64,000 bases of DNA, from assembly GCA_025350465.1 (NCBI GenBank), contig JANXXU010000023.1, positions 15,387 to 79,386 of the forward strand, written 5' to 3'. Below are positions 8,857-17,430 of the stretch, piece after piece (position 1 is the stretch's first letter; each line of letters starts with the position of its first letter). Under the pieces are notes generated by a model, which searched no databases, was not told the DNA's origin, and worked only from the letters and a program-made list of their open reading frames with translations. This stretch comes from Alphaproteobacteria bacterium (GTDB lineage: Bacteria > Pseudomonadota > Alphaproteobacteria > Micropepsales > Micropepsaceae). A program made the translations under genes and the position numbers.

Positions 8857-9753
8857 CTAAGCCGATGTGTGTAAAGAGGAGGTAACCGGAACGCGCGTCG
8901 CGCCCAAAGGTTTCAAATGCGCCTGCTCTGACGATGTGTCGCTCGAAACGCCCTTGAGGGAAATGAAGGGATAGGTGAGCAGCCAAAACAGATTTGTCGC
9001 CTCGCGCCCGCGCAACTCGTCGAGGCCGAGCTTCATCGTCGTCTGCGGATCCCTTGGCGCCGGCATGTAGGTTGCGAACAACCGGTCCCACAACGGCGTT
9101 ACCACCCCGTAGTTGGAGTCCGTTTCCGGTTGATAGGTCGAATGATGAATGCGGTGCATGTCCGGTGTGACGATGAAAATGCGCAGTGCCCGATCGGTTT
9201 TTTCGCCCAGTCGGATGTTGGCGTGAGAGAACATCGCAAACGCGTTGAGCACGATCTCGTAGGCAAGTACGGCGAGCGCCGGGGACCCGAGTACCACGAT
9301 CGCCGCGAGCTTGCACAATTGGCTCGCGAGGCATTCGGCCGGGTGCGAGCGGAACGCCGTTGTCGCATCGACGTCCAGATCGACGTGATGCACGCGGTGA
9401 AACCGCCACAACAACACAACGCGGTGGCAAGCGACGTGTAGGCCGTAGAGCGTCAAGTCGAGTGCGGCGAACGTGACGACGGCGGCAACCCACACTGGCG
9501 CGCCTGTCGCGGGCAGCAATCCGTAGCCGTGGTTCTGTATATAAAACGCGGCGCCCACAATCGCCGCTGGCGCCAAGAAGCGCATGGCCGCGCTCGCCGC
9601 CGCGTTGACGACGGTAAAGCCCATGTTGGCCGACCAGCGCGTGATGAGTTCGATCGAGAGCGTTCGTCGCGGCCAAATCCGCTCGGCGACGACCAGAGCG
9701 AGGAACGCCGACAGGAATACGCCCAGCTGAACAAGGCCCCAATTGATCGTCAT
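8857..9753 (-). CDS. fatty acid hydroxylase / sterol desaturase family membrane protein
   Basis: Multi-TM protein with histidine boxes HRVVLLWRFHRVHHVD and HRIHHS, characteristic of the di-iron membrane hydroxylase superfamily. Confidence 0.85.
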   Translation of the reverse strand: MTINWGLVQLGVFLSAFLALVVAERIWPRRTLSIELITRWSANMGFTVVNAAASAAMRFLAPAAIVGAAFYIQNHGYGLLPATGAPVWVAAVVTFAALDLTLYGLHVACHRVVLLWRFHRVHHVDLDVDATTAFRSHPAECLASQLCKLAAIVVLGSPALAVLAYEIVLNAFAMFSHANIRLGEKTDRALRIFIVTPDMHRIHHSTYQPETDSNYGVVTPLWDRLFATYMPAPRDPQTTMKLGLDELRGREATNLFWLLTYPFISLKGVSSDTSSEQAHLKPLGATRVPVTSSLHTSA

Positions 9754-9881
9754 TTTTCGTCCCGGCCGGCCGCCGTCGGATGCCGCGGCTCGTGCAGCAA
9801 CTTTGGCAGGTCTTGCGTAAAGACGGCGTGTGAGCGCGCTGTCCCAAAATTGGACAGAAGCGAGGCTCAGCCGCCTAAGGC

Positions 9882-10412
9882 TTACGGCACGCGTGCAACC
9901 GCCAGTGTTTTTCGCGGCTTGAGATAAAACGTATCACTGACCGTGATGCCATTGGTCAAGAACATGCCGACCAGCGTCTGATAGGTGAAGCTGATTTCGG
10001 CCATGACGACGCTCTGATTGGGCGGAACCAGGCCGGCCGGCATTGAGACGGGCGATCCCGTGGCCCGCGGCGCGGTGCGCAGCGCATCGCTCCACGCGAC
10101 TGTCGTCGTTCCGTTGATGTCGGCGACCACTGACGTGATTCGAATCTGCGCGCTGTTTGGATCGAACGGCTGGATGATGACGTTCAGCGACGCCATGATG
10201 TCGTTCATGCCGGCATTGGTGATTTGCGTGCTTTGCGTGACCAAATCGGCGGCCGTTGACGCAACGGTTGTGACCTTGCGGTCGGCAAGGATGTAATTGC
10301 CGATTTCCGCGACGCCGAAATAGGTGGTGACCATCAGCGGCGCGATGAAGGCGAACTCGATGGCTGACAGGCCTCCCTGATCTCGCCCGAAGGTTTTGTA
10401 GAAGCGCAGCAT
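9882..10412 (-). CDS. TadE/TadG-family pseudopilin-like protein
   Basis: N-terminus MLRFYKTFGRDQGGLSAIEFAFIAPLMVTTYF is TadE-like (G/AIEF then a hydrophobic helix). Track ORF 9882..10496 trimmed to the ATG at 10412, which lies 7 nt after GGAGGA. ATG 10418 is an alternative start. Confidence 0.8.
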   Translation of the reverse strand: MLRFYKTFGRDQGGLSAIEFAFIAPLMVTTYFGVAEIGNYILADRKVTTVASTAADLVTQSTQITNAGMNDIMASLNVIIQPFDPNSAQIRITSVVADINGTTTVAWSDALRTAPRATGSPVSMPAGLVPPNQSVVMAEISFTYQTLVGMFLTNGITVSDTFYLKPRKTLAVARVP

Positions 10413-10446
10413 TTGCATTTCCTCCAGCGCTAAGTCCGCTGATCCG

Positions 10447-10980
10447 TCAGAACGGTTCGTTCTTGAACGCCATAGCCGCTTGCAACAACCGTGCATTGCC
10501 CGACATATTTACGAGCGTTGAGCCGAAATCCGGCGTCAGCACCGGCCAGGCATAGAACGCCCGCACGACGACGATGTCGCCGGCGGCGCCCATGTCGAAT
10601 TGGTAGTTGCCTGAAAGATTTCCGTTGCCGTCCAGCGCTCCCGGTAAGTTCACGTTGCTGAAGCTGTTGAATTTACGCACATCGATGCCGAGGCGCGCAT
10701 CGCAGGCGAGCAGCATCGAAATCTGATCGCAAATGAGCGTGCGGAATTGCGCTTGAGTCAGGTTCGCGGCCTGGGCTTGACCGGTCCTGATCTGACGCGC
10801 TGCGGCGGCCACGCCGTTCTCGAGCGTTGATGTCGCGAAGAATACCAGCGACGTGTCGATCACCGCGTAAAGCAGCAGGAAGAAGGGAATGGCCAGCATC
10901 GCGAATTCGACCGCCGCCGAACCTTTTTTGGCGCGGCGAAATCGGCTGAGCATCAGCGTCGCGCTCTCCAAGACAGACAT
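10447..10980 (-). CDS. TadE-like pilus assembly protein
   Basis: RFRRAKKGSAAVEFAMLAIPFFLLLYAVIDTSLVFF is a TadE N-terminal motif. Confidence 0.85.
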   Translation of the reverse strand: MSVLESATLMLSRFRRAKKGSAAVEFAMLAIPFFLLLYAVIDTSLVFFATSTLENGVAAAARQIRTGQAQAANLTQAQFRTLICDQISMLLACDARLGIDVRKFNSFSNVNLPGALDGNGNLSGNYQFDMGAAGDIVVVRAFYAWPVLTPDFGSTLVNMSGNARLLQAAMAFKNEPF

Positions 10981-11274
10981 GGTGACGCTCCTCTAAGACC
11001 AACAGGCAAAGTGGCGGCGGCGTAGCCGGCGCGGTGTGAAATGCTTTCTGCACGCTTCAGTATACAAGCTTTCGCGCGTGAGAAACGTCAAGTACAGTTG
11101 AAAGTATAGTAACCATTATTTTCAAGTTAATTGGCACGAGAAAGATTTATCTTAACAAATAACCATCGTTTCAATTGTGCCGTTCATATTTACATTTGAT
11201 AAACACTCGGCGCCGATATTTTCGCGGCGGCGTGGAATCTCGTTGTTCTGTGCCGAGGAGCGAGGTCGAAAGCT
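10981..11274. promoter_or_regulatory. AT-rich divergent promoter region between tadE-like and tadG-like genes
   Basis: Visibly AT-rich compared with the flanking DNA. Contains two TAACCAT heptamers (11110..11116 and 11160..11166) and GTATAC / CAATTG palindromes. Confidence 0.5.
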
Positions 11275-12774
11275 ATGTGCAACTTGATCTCTCGCGTTGT
11301 GTCGCGCCTGCGGTCGTTTGCGAACGCCCGCCAGGGCAACATCGCGATGATTTACGCGCTGAGTTTGATTCCGATTATCGCCGCGACGGGGTCGGCGATC
11401 GATCTCTCGCGCGGCATGGTCGTGAAGATGCGGCTGGGTGAATCGCTCGACGCCGCCGCCCTCGCTGTTGGCGGTACGTTGGGTCTGACGCAGGCGCAAA
11501 TGACCGCCAAGGCACAGCAATATTTCGACGCAAACTATCCGGCGGGCGAAATAGGCCAGATCAGCAATCTGTCGGTGACGATGTCGGGACAGGTTGTGAC
11601 GGTCTCGGCCACGGCAAAAGTGCAAACCGCCTTCATGGGACTCTTCGGTGTCAACTATCTGACCGTCGACTCGAGCGCCGAGGTGACGAAGGACTCCCAC
11701 GGGCTCGAGGTGGCGCTCGTGCTCGACAACACCGGCTCGATGGCCCAGTCCGGCAAGCTCGCCGCGCTCAAGACGTCTGCAAGCACTCTGATCGACGCCG
11801 TGTGGGCGGGCCAGACGACGCCGACTTATGCCAAGGGCTCGATCGTGCCCTTCAGCTTCACCGTGCGTGTCGACACAGCGACCTTCCTGGCCAACAACTG
11901 GGTCGATAAGACCGGGGCGTCGTCGACGGCGAAATTGAATTTCGACAACAACAAATATGCCTTCGCCGTGTGGGCGACGATGTCGAACCAAAGTTGGGGC
12001 GGTTGTCTTGAAGCGCGTCCGAACGGCTTGGAAGAGCTCGACACGGCGCCGGCCGTCGGCACGCCCGATACATTGTGGGTCCCGTTCTTCTACCCCGACG
12101 AGCCCGACGGCGCCGCCTATGGCGGCTATTCGCACACCTATTTGTCGGACGGCGTGAACAGCACGCAAGACCCGCGGCTGAAGCGGTCGGCGAAATATGT
12201 CGGCAAGAACAACGCCGGTCCGAACACCGGCTGCACCATGCTGCAAATCCAGCCACTGACCAACGACTCGACGACCCTGAAAAATCAGATCAATCAGATG
12301 GTCGCGACCGGTAACACCGACGTCAATCTGGGCGTCGGCTGGGGCTGGCGCACCCTGTCGCCCACGCCGCCTTACACTGAGGGCTCGCAATACGGCGACC
12401 CGTACTGGACGAAAGCGATGGTCGTGCTCACCGACGGCACGAACACCGAGCCGACGACGAACACGTGGCACAAGTCGGACTACACGGCCTTCAACTATCT
12501 GATCCGCAACCAGCTGCTGAACAATTCGTATTCGACCGCGGCGACCGAAGCGGAACTCGATCGGCGAACCGCGCTCGTTTGCGAGAACGCCAAGGCTGCG
12601 GGCATCCGGATCTACACGATCTTGCTGATGGAGAATTCGACGCGCGCCGTCGATCTGATGCGCAACTGTGCGACCTCGCCCGATCTCTACTTCAATTCGC
12701 CGAGCGCCGGCCAGCTCCAGTCGGTCTTCGACGCGATTGCGACGGACCTGTCGAACCTGCGCGTCAGTAAGTAG
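11275..12774 (+). CDS. TadG-like pilus assembly protein with von Willebrand factor A domain
   Basis: N-terminus ARQGNIAMIYALSLIPIIAATGSAIDLSRG is Tad-like. The vWA MIDAS-type segment VALVLDNTGSM is followed by VVLTDGTN. Confidence 0.85.
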   Translation: MCNLISRVVSRLRSFANARQGNIAMIYALSLIPIIAATGSAIDLSRGMVVKMRLGESLDAAALAVGGTLGLTQAQMTAKAQQYFDANYPAGEIGQISNLSVTMSGQVVTVSATAKVQTAFMGLFGVNYLTVDSSAEVTKDSHGLEVALVLDNTGSMAQSGKLAALKTSASTLIDAVWAGQTTPTYAKGSIVPFSFTVRVDTATFLANNWVDKTGASSTAKLNFDNNKYAFAVWATMSNQSWGGCLEARPNGLEELDTAPAVGTPDTLWVPFFYPDEPDGAAYGGYSHTYLSDGVNSTQDPRLKRSAKYVGKNNAGPNTGCTMLQIQPLTNDSTTLKNQINQMVATGNTDVNLGVGWGWRTLSPTPPYTEGSQYGDPYWTKAMVVLTDGTNTEPTTNTWHKSDYTAFNYLIRNQLLNNSYSTAATEAELDRRTALVCENAKAAGIRIYTILLMENSTRAVDLMRNCATSPDLYFNSPSAGQLQSVFDAIATDLSNLRVSK

Positions 12775-12799
12775 CCCGGCACTTCTCATATGCGGAAAA

Positions 12800-12826
12800 G
12801 GGCTCGGCGACCGCCGGGCCCTTCTT
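12800..12826. terminator. bidirectional hairpin terminator between convergent genes
   Basis: GGGCTCGGC-gacc-GCCGGGCCC, flanked by AAAA on the left and TTCTT on the right. It sits between the stops at 12774 (+) and 12830 (-). Confidence 0.55.
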
Positions 12827-12829
12827 GCG

Positions 12830-13240
12830 TTAGGGACCGCTCTCGCCGGCCAACGCCCCAAAGTCGCGGCACATCTGCTCGACGCTCTTCACATGCCTCT
12901 CGTAATAAAGCTCGTGCGCGCGGGCGAGATCGAACGGCGCTTCGGACAGGCAGCGCTCCAGCAGCGCCGACGCCTTGATCTTGCGCTCCGGACTCGCCGA
13001 GGCCGTGAGCGCGCGCCAATCCCAGCAAATCGTGCGCATGCGCAGCTGATGCGCTGCCAGCGATTGTTGCGCTGAGTTCGGCGGGAACGAGGACTCGGCC
13101 CGGGCGAGCAACAGGCAGCGGATCGTCAGCTCGTTCGCGGGCGTCGACTTAGCCTCGTCGTCGGCAGCTGCTGCAGGCGCGAGAGTCACGGCCATCACAA
13201 GGCACAAAGTGAACGTACCGAGCCGTCCAGGCATGATCAT
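12830..13240 (-). CDS. hypothetical secreted protein
   Basis: Signal-peptide-like N-terminus (MIMPGRLGTFTLCLVMAVTLAPAAAADD). Helical, four Cys, no family recognised. Confidence 0.5.
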   Translation of the reverse strand: MIMPGRLGTFTLCLVMAVTLAPAAAADDEAKSTPANELTIRCLLLARAESSFPPNSAQQSLAAHQLRMRTICWDWRALTASASPERKIKASALLERCLSEAPFDLARAHELYYERHVKSVEQMCRDFGALAGESGP

Positions 13241-13349
13241 TTTGGCGTCTCCGTCTCGACCAGCGGTGCCATTGACCGACCGGAGGCTATTGCCTCAGCC
13301 CCCAAACCATCAAGACTGATGTCGCGCTGCGATTCGGCTTTAGGGGCCA

Positions 13350-14564
13350 ATGCAATCAAGGCTCGCCACGATTGTCCTGTGTCTCCTTGCCGGCGCCCTG
13401 CCGCGCGGGGCGCTTGCCGACGATCAAAAGCCGGCTGCGCCATCTGTCAATCTTACGCTGGCCTACACCGGCGAGACTTGGTCCCTAGTAGAAGGCGGGC
13501 AGCGTCGAGGTGAACGCTATCTCGACGATCTCGATGTCCAGCTGACCGTCGATCTGGAGCAGGCGATCGGCTGGCAGGGCGCAAAGGCGTTCGTTTATGG
13601 CCTCTACAACAACGGAACGTCGTTTTCGGGCGATCTCGTTGGCGATCTGCAGGGCGTGTCGAACATCGAGACGGGCATCGAGGCTCTTCGCCTCGAGGAA
13701 GCCTGGCTTGATCAAACCTTCGCAGACGGTCACGGCTCCATTCGTTTCGGCCTATACAATTTGAACAGCGAGTTTGACGCGAGTCTTGTCCGCAGTCCGT
13801 TTATCAACCCTTCGCACGGCATCGGGCCCGACTTCGGCCAGGCTGGCTTGAATGGCCCGTCGATCTTCCCGGCGACCAGCCTAGCCGCAAGATTTGCCTG
13901 GAGCTTTGACGGCGGCGCCTATGCTCGCGTCGCCGTACTCGACGGCGTACCCGACGATCCGAACCATCCCAAGCGCACGACGATCGATTTGCGTGGGCCT
14001 GATGGCGCACTCATCGCCGCCGAAGTCGGCCTCGCCAACGAAAGCGGTCGTGTATTGTCGCTTGGCGTTTGGGGGTTTACCGCGGCGTTCGATGACCTGA
14101 CGGATACCAAACCGCTCGGCGATCCAATCAAGCGTCACGACAATCGCGGCGTCTATATCGCGGCAGAGGGGCCGCTGTGGTCGCGCGAGGATCACGACCC
14201 GTTTGACGTGTCCGGTTTTGCGAGAGCCGGCCTCGCGGCCGCCGACGTCAATCCGATTGCGAGTTATTTTGGTTTCGGCCTCGTCGTCACCGGACCGTTC
14301 GACGCGCGACCCACCGATAAGCTTGGCGTCGCCGTCGCGATTGCCGATGCCGGTGACAAATTTCAAAAATTGATCGAAGCCTCGTCGGGGGTACCGTCGT
14401 CGCGGGAAATCAATCTTGAAGTGACATACCAGGCGCCGGTCATTGATGGCTTCGTCCTGCAGCCTGATGTGCAATGGATCAATCATCCAGGCGCCGATGC
14501 CGCCATTCGCGATGCGCTGGTCGTCGGCATTCGCTTCAAGGCCGACCACAGTTGGAGCGACTGA
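13350..14564 (+). CDS. carbohydrate-selective porin, OprB family
   Basis: Signal peptide, then LTLAYTGETWSLVEGGQRRGERYLDDLDVQLTVDLEQAIGWQGAKAFVYGLYNNG...LQGVSNIE, which matches the OprB-family N-terminal pattern. Beta-rich throughout. Confidence 0.8.
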   Translation: MQSRLATIVLCLLAGALPRGALADDQKPAAPSVNLTLAYTGETWSLVEGGQRRGERYLDDLDVQLTVDLEQAIGWQGAKAFVYGLYNNGTSFSGDLVGDLQGVSNIETGIEALRLEEAWLDQTFADGHGSIRFGLYNLNSEFDASLVRSPFINPSHGIGPDFGQAGLNGPSIFPATSLAARFAWSFDGGAYARVAVLDGVPDDPNHPKRTTIDLRGPDGALIAAEVGLANESGRVLSLGVWGFTAAFDDLTDTKPLGDPIKRHDNRGVYIAAEGPLWSREDHDPFDVSGFARAGLAAADVNPIASYFGFGLVVTGPFDARPTDKLGVAVAIADAGDKFQKLIEASSGVPSSREINLEVTYQAPVIDGFVLQPDVQWINHPGADAAIRDALVVGIRFKADHSWSD

Positions 14565-14598
14565 GTTCCGCAGTCGATCCCGCTCTTCGCCGAAGCCC

Positions 14599-15867
14599 TT
14601 ATGCAAAGCTCGACCAAGCGAACGCGCCGACCACGATGGTCATGATGAGCGTGGCAAGCCAACCCAACACGCGAATCCACACCGGCAGCGCCAGGGTCTG
14701 GACCGCCTGCGCGCCCGAAACGATCACCATCATCGCCAGCATGATCGGAACGGACACGATGCCGTTGATGACGGCCGTCCAAAACAGCATCGCGATCGGG
14801 TCGATATTCGTTGCCGACAGCGCTGCGCCCGCCAGCGTCGCCGCGCATACGATGGCATAAAAGCCGAGCGCACGATTGGCCGGCAACTCGAGGCTGCCGC
14901 GCAAGCCGAACACTTCCGCCGCGGCATAGGCGGCCGACCCGGCCAGAATCGGCACCGCCAGCAATCCCGTCCCGATGATGCCTGCCGCGAACAGCGCGAA
15001 CGTCAAATCGCCGGCGATCGGTCGCAGCGCCTCGGCAGCTTGCGCGGCGGTATCGATCTTCGTCACACCGTGCGCATGAAGCGTCGCCGCCGTTGTGACG
15101 ATGATGAAAAAGGCGATGAGATTCGAGAAACTCATGCCGATCCAGGTATCGACCGAGATGTGCCTGAGTTCGTCCTGGGGCGAAGAAGCGATGGCGCCAA
15201 TGATGCGCCGATGGCTCAAGCGCGATTCCTCGGCCTCTTGCGACGCCTGCCAGAAAAACAAATAGGGGCTAATCGTCGTGCCGAAGACCGCAACGATCGT
15301 CAGCAGCACATCCTTGTCGAGCGATATGTTTGGTACGACGGTCGCGGCGATGACATCGACCCAAGGCACGTGAACGCTGAACGCCGCCGCGACGTAGACG
15401 AAGAGGAACATCGTCAGGAATTTGAGATAGCCGGCATAGCGATGATAGGGAACAAAAACTTCCGCGACGAGGCAGGCGAGCCCGAAGGCAAGCGCATATA
15501 GAACCGCGGGCCCGCTCACGATCAGCCGCAACGCCGCGCCCATCGCCGCCAGGTCGGCTGCGATGTTGATGGTGTTGGCGGCGACCAGCAACGCGACGAT
15601 GAGGTAGACGACGGGTTTGGGCAGCGACTTGGCGATGTTGCGCGCCAGTCCGCGCCTTGTCCGCCAGCCGATATGCGCACTGATGATCTGGATCGCCGCC
15701 ATGAACGGCAGCGTAAGGAACATCGTCCAGGTCAGCGCGTAGCCGAATTGCGCGCCGGCTTGAGAATATGTCGCGATGCCGCTCGGGTCGTCGTCGGCGG
15801 CTCCCGTGATCAGGCCGGGGCCGAGCGCCCGCCATATCCGGGCCATCGGCGATGGTTGGGGCTGCAT
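14599..15867 (-). CDS. NRAMP (SLC11) family transporter, non-canonical metal-site variant
   Basis: GPGLITGAADDDPSGIATYSQAGAQFGY (TM1) and VFGTTISPYLFFWQAS (TM6), with 11-12 predicted TM segments. Track ORF 14599..16260 trimmed to ATG 15867, 8 nt downstream of the preceding gene's stop. Confidence 0.9.
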   Translation of the reverse strand: MQPQPSPMARIWRALGPGLITGAADDDPSGIATYSQAGAQFGYALTWTMFLTLPFMAAIQIISAHIGWRTRRGLARNIAKSLPKPVVYLIVALLVAANTINIAADLAAMGAALRLIVSGPAVLYALAFGLACLVAEVFVPYHRYAGYLKFLTMFLFVYVAAAFSVHVPWVDVIAATVVPNISLDKDVLLTIVAVFGTTISPYLFFWQASQEAEESRLSHRRIIGAIASSPQDELRHISVDTWIGMSFSNLIAFFIIVTTAATLHAHGVTKIDTAAQAAEALRPIAGDLTFALFAAGIIGTGLLAVPILAGSAAYAAAEVFGLRGSLELPANRALGFYAIVCAATLAGAALSATNIDPIAMLFWTAVINGIVSVPIMLAMMVIVSGAQAVQTLALPVWIRVLGWLATLIMTIVVGAFAWSSFA

Positions 15868-15875
15868 CCCGATTC

Positions 15876-16427
15876 TCAGGTCGACGGAGTATCCGTCGTC
15901 GCAGCCGGCAATATTGGCGCGCCGCCGCCTTGCACGCGCATCTGCTCTTGAAACCGTTTGATCACTTGCAAGAGCTCGGCAATTTCCGTCTCCCGCAGCA
16001 AATCGATCTTTTGATGAAGCAATTCGATCTCGAGCTCGGCCTTGATGTTGATGTCGTAGTCGTGTTCGGCGGCCTGGCGATCGATCATCGCCTGGCGATT
16101 TTGACTCATCATGATGAAGGGCGCGGCATAGGCGGCCTGAAACGACAGCGCGAGATTGAGCAGTATGAAGGGGTAGGGATCCCAATGCTCGATTATCGCC
16201 GTAACGTTCAGCACCATCCAGGCAAGGAGCAAGCAACTCTGAACGATAATGAACGGCCATGACCCGACCATGGCCGCGACCCCGTCGGCAACGCGCGCCC
16301 CAAGCGGCATGGTCTGACTCGACGGGCGCTCCCGCCTTTTTTTCACCGCAGTGCGAAGTTGCTGGAGGAGTTGAATTTCCTCGTCGTGCAACGAAGTGAC
16401 CAGTTTCTTGATTCCACTCATTTCCAC
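15876..16427 (-). CDS. DUF1003 domain-containing membrane protein
   Basis: GSWPFIIVQSCLLLAWMVLN...WDPYPFILLNLALSFQAAYAAPFIMMSQNRQA, followed by a coiled-coil tail. This is the characteristic DUF1003 pattern. Confidence 0.8.
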   Translation of the reverse strand: MEMSGIKKLVTSLHDEEIQLLQQLRTAVKKRRERPSSQTMPLGARVADGVAAMVGSWPFIIVQSCLLLAWMVLNVTAIIEHWDPYPFILLNLALSFQAAYAAPFIMMSQNRQAMIDRQAAEHDYDINIKAELEIELLHQKIDLLRETEIAELLQVIKRFQEQMRVQGGGAPILPAATTDTPST

Positions 16428-16555
16428 ATTTCCTTTCCAGCCGTCCCCATGGCGCGGCGCGATAGAATCAGCGCGATTTTACCCGAGCATCGGGGAAATC
16501 ATGGCAATTGCCGCAAATAGGAGCCAGCTAGCCCCAACAATTCGATTAAAGGGGC

Positions 16556-17104
16556 CTAGAGCCCCCCGCGCCATAGGGCTTTGATTGTCGCTTCGGCGCC
16601 CGGGCCGAAATGCAACCAAGCAGCGCGTCCGTGGCTGGTGTCGGCAATGAACAAAGGGTCGTTTCGCCCGACATGCGCCACAAGGTCCTTGCGAATCTGG
16701 GCTATCGGCGTCGCGGAGTGCACAAGCCAGACGAACTGGTTCATGCGATAGCTTCTGCCCAGCTTCGCCACCGCACCTTCGAAGGCGATCGTCGATCCCG
16801 AGCGAAGGTCGGCGACGATGACGATCTTCGCCAATGCCTCTTCTGCCTTCGCATCGGCGGAGCGGGTTGGTTCGACCGTTGTCTGAGGGGCGGCGACCGC
16901 GGGACGCGCGGCAAATGTCCACGCAAGGCTCAAATGTTCGCCGGCTAGCGACCAATTTTCGCCGACGCGCATGACCGGCGTCGATACCGCCACCCGGCCT
17001 TCCGCGACGAAGTTTGCGACCTGTTCTTCGGTGTACGGACCGTATGATTTGCCGTCGACGGCAACGAACCAGGTGTCCTGGGTCCGTGCATTGGGGTTGG
17101 CCAT
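16556..17104 (-). CDS. GYF_2 (DUF4339) domain protein with uncharacterised C-terminal domain
   Basis: N-terminus WFVAVDGKSYGPYTEEQVANFVAEGRVAVSTPVMRVGENW is a GYF_2-type motif. A Pro/Ala linker follows, then a ~110-aa alpha/beta domain. Confidence 0.7.
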   Translation of the reverse strand: MANPNARTQDTWFVAVDGKSYGPYTEEQVANFVAEGRVAVSTPVMRVGENWSLAGEHLSLAWTFAARPAVAAPQTTVEPTRSADAKAEEALAKIVIVADLRSGSTIAFEGAVAKLGRSYRMNQFVWLVHSATPIAQIRKDLVAHVGRNDPLFIADTSHGRAAWLHFGPGAEATIKALWRGGL

Positions 17105-17188
17105 TGGCAGTGTCCGAAAGAAAACTCGCCTTTGTGACAGTGTGATGGTGAACGAAAGGTTTCGAGACGCCCTTCTCGACAGTGCGAA

Positions 17189-17404
17189 TTAACTTGCTGT
17201 GAGGTCTTGGCAACGTAGACGCTCGAGGCGCTTGATGACTCGCAACTCCGCGTCATCATCGACGAAACGCTTCGCACGCATTGTCAGTTCGTCTCGCACG
17301 CGCACAATGTCGCAGCGGATGCCCGTTCGCTCCGATTCACGATTTTGCGGTGGAGGCTCGCCCAGAGCCCGCGCTATACCGCGCGGCCTTCCGATCTTTG
17401 ACAT
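17189..17404 (-). CDS. hypothetical small basic protein (doubtful)
   Basis: The only ORF in a 326-bp spacer, divergent from the ABC permease. Weak RBS and no family recognised. Confidence 0.2.
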   Translation of the reverse strand: MSKIGRPRGIARALGEPPPQNRESERTGIRCDIVRVRDELTMRAKRFVDDDAELRVIKRLERLRCQDLTAS

Positions 17405-17430
17405 GAAGCTTTCATCCGGGCGAGCTGAGG

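Noticed and set aside
11132-11137. TGGCAC as a sigma-54 -24 element upstream of the tadG-like gene
   Set aside because: The required -12 element (TTGC, 5 nt downstream) is absent. The sequence reads TGGCAC-gagaa-AGAT.
11152-12861. 569-aa ORF antisense to the tadG-like gene
   Set aside because: Shadow ORF with extreme Arg/His/Gly content. It would also run through the AT-rich promoter region and the terminator.
14443-15501. 352-aa ORF antisense to the NRAMP gene
   Set aside because: Arg/Asp/His-rich with no hydrophobic core. The opposite strand encodes a coherent 11-12 TM transporter.
15868-16260. 131-codon N-terminal extension of the NRAMP ORF
   Set aside because: It overlaps the DUF1003 gene in another frame. 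NRAMP homology starts right after ATG 15867.
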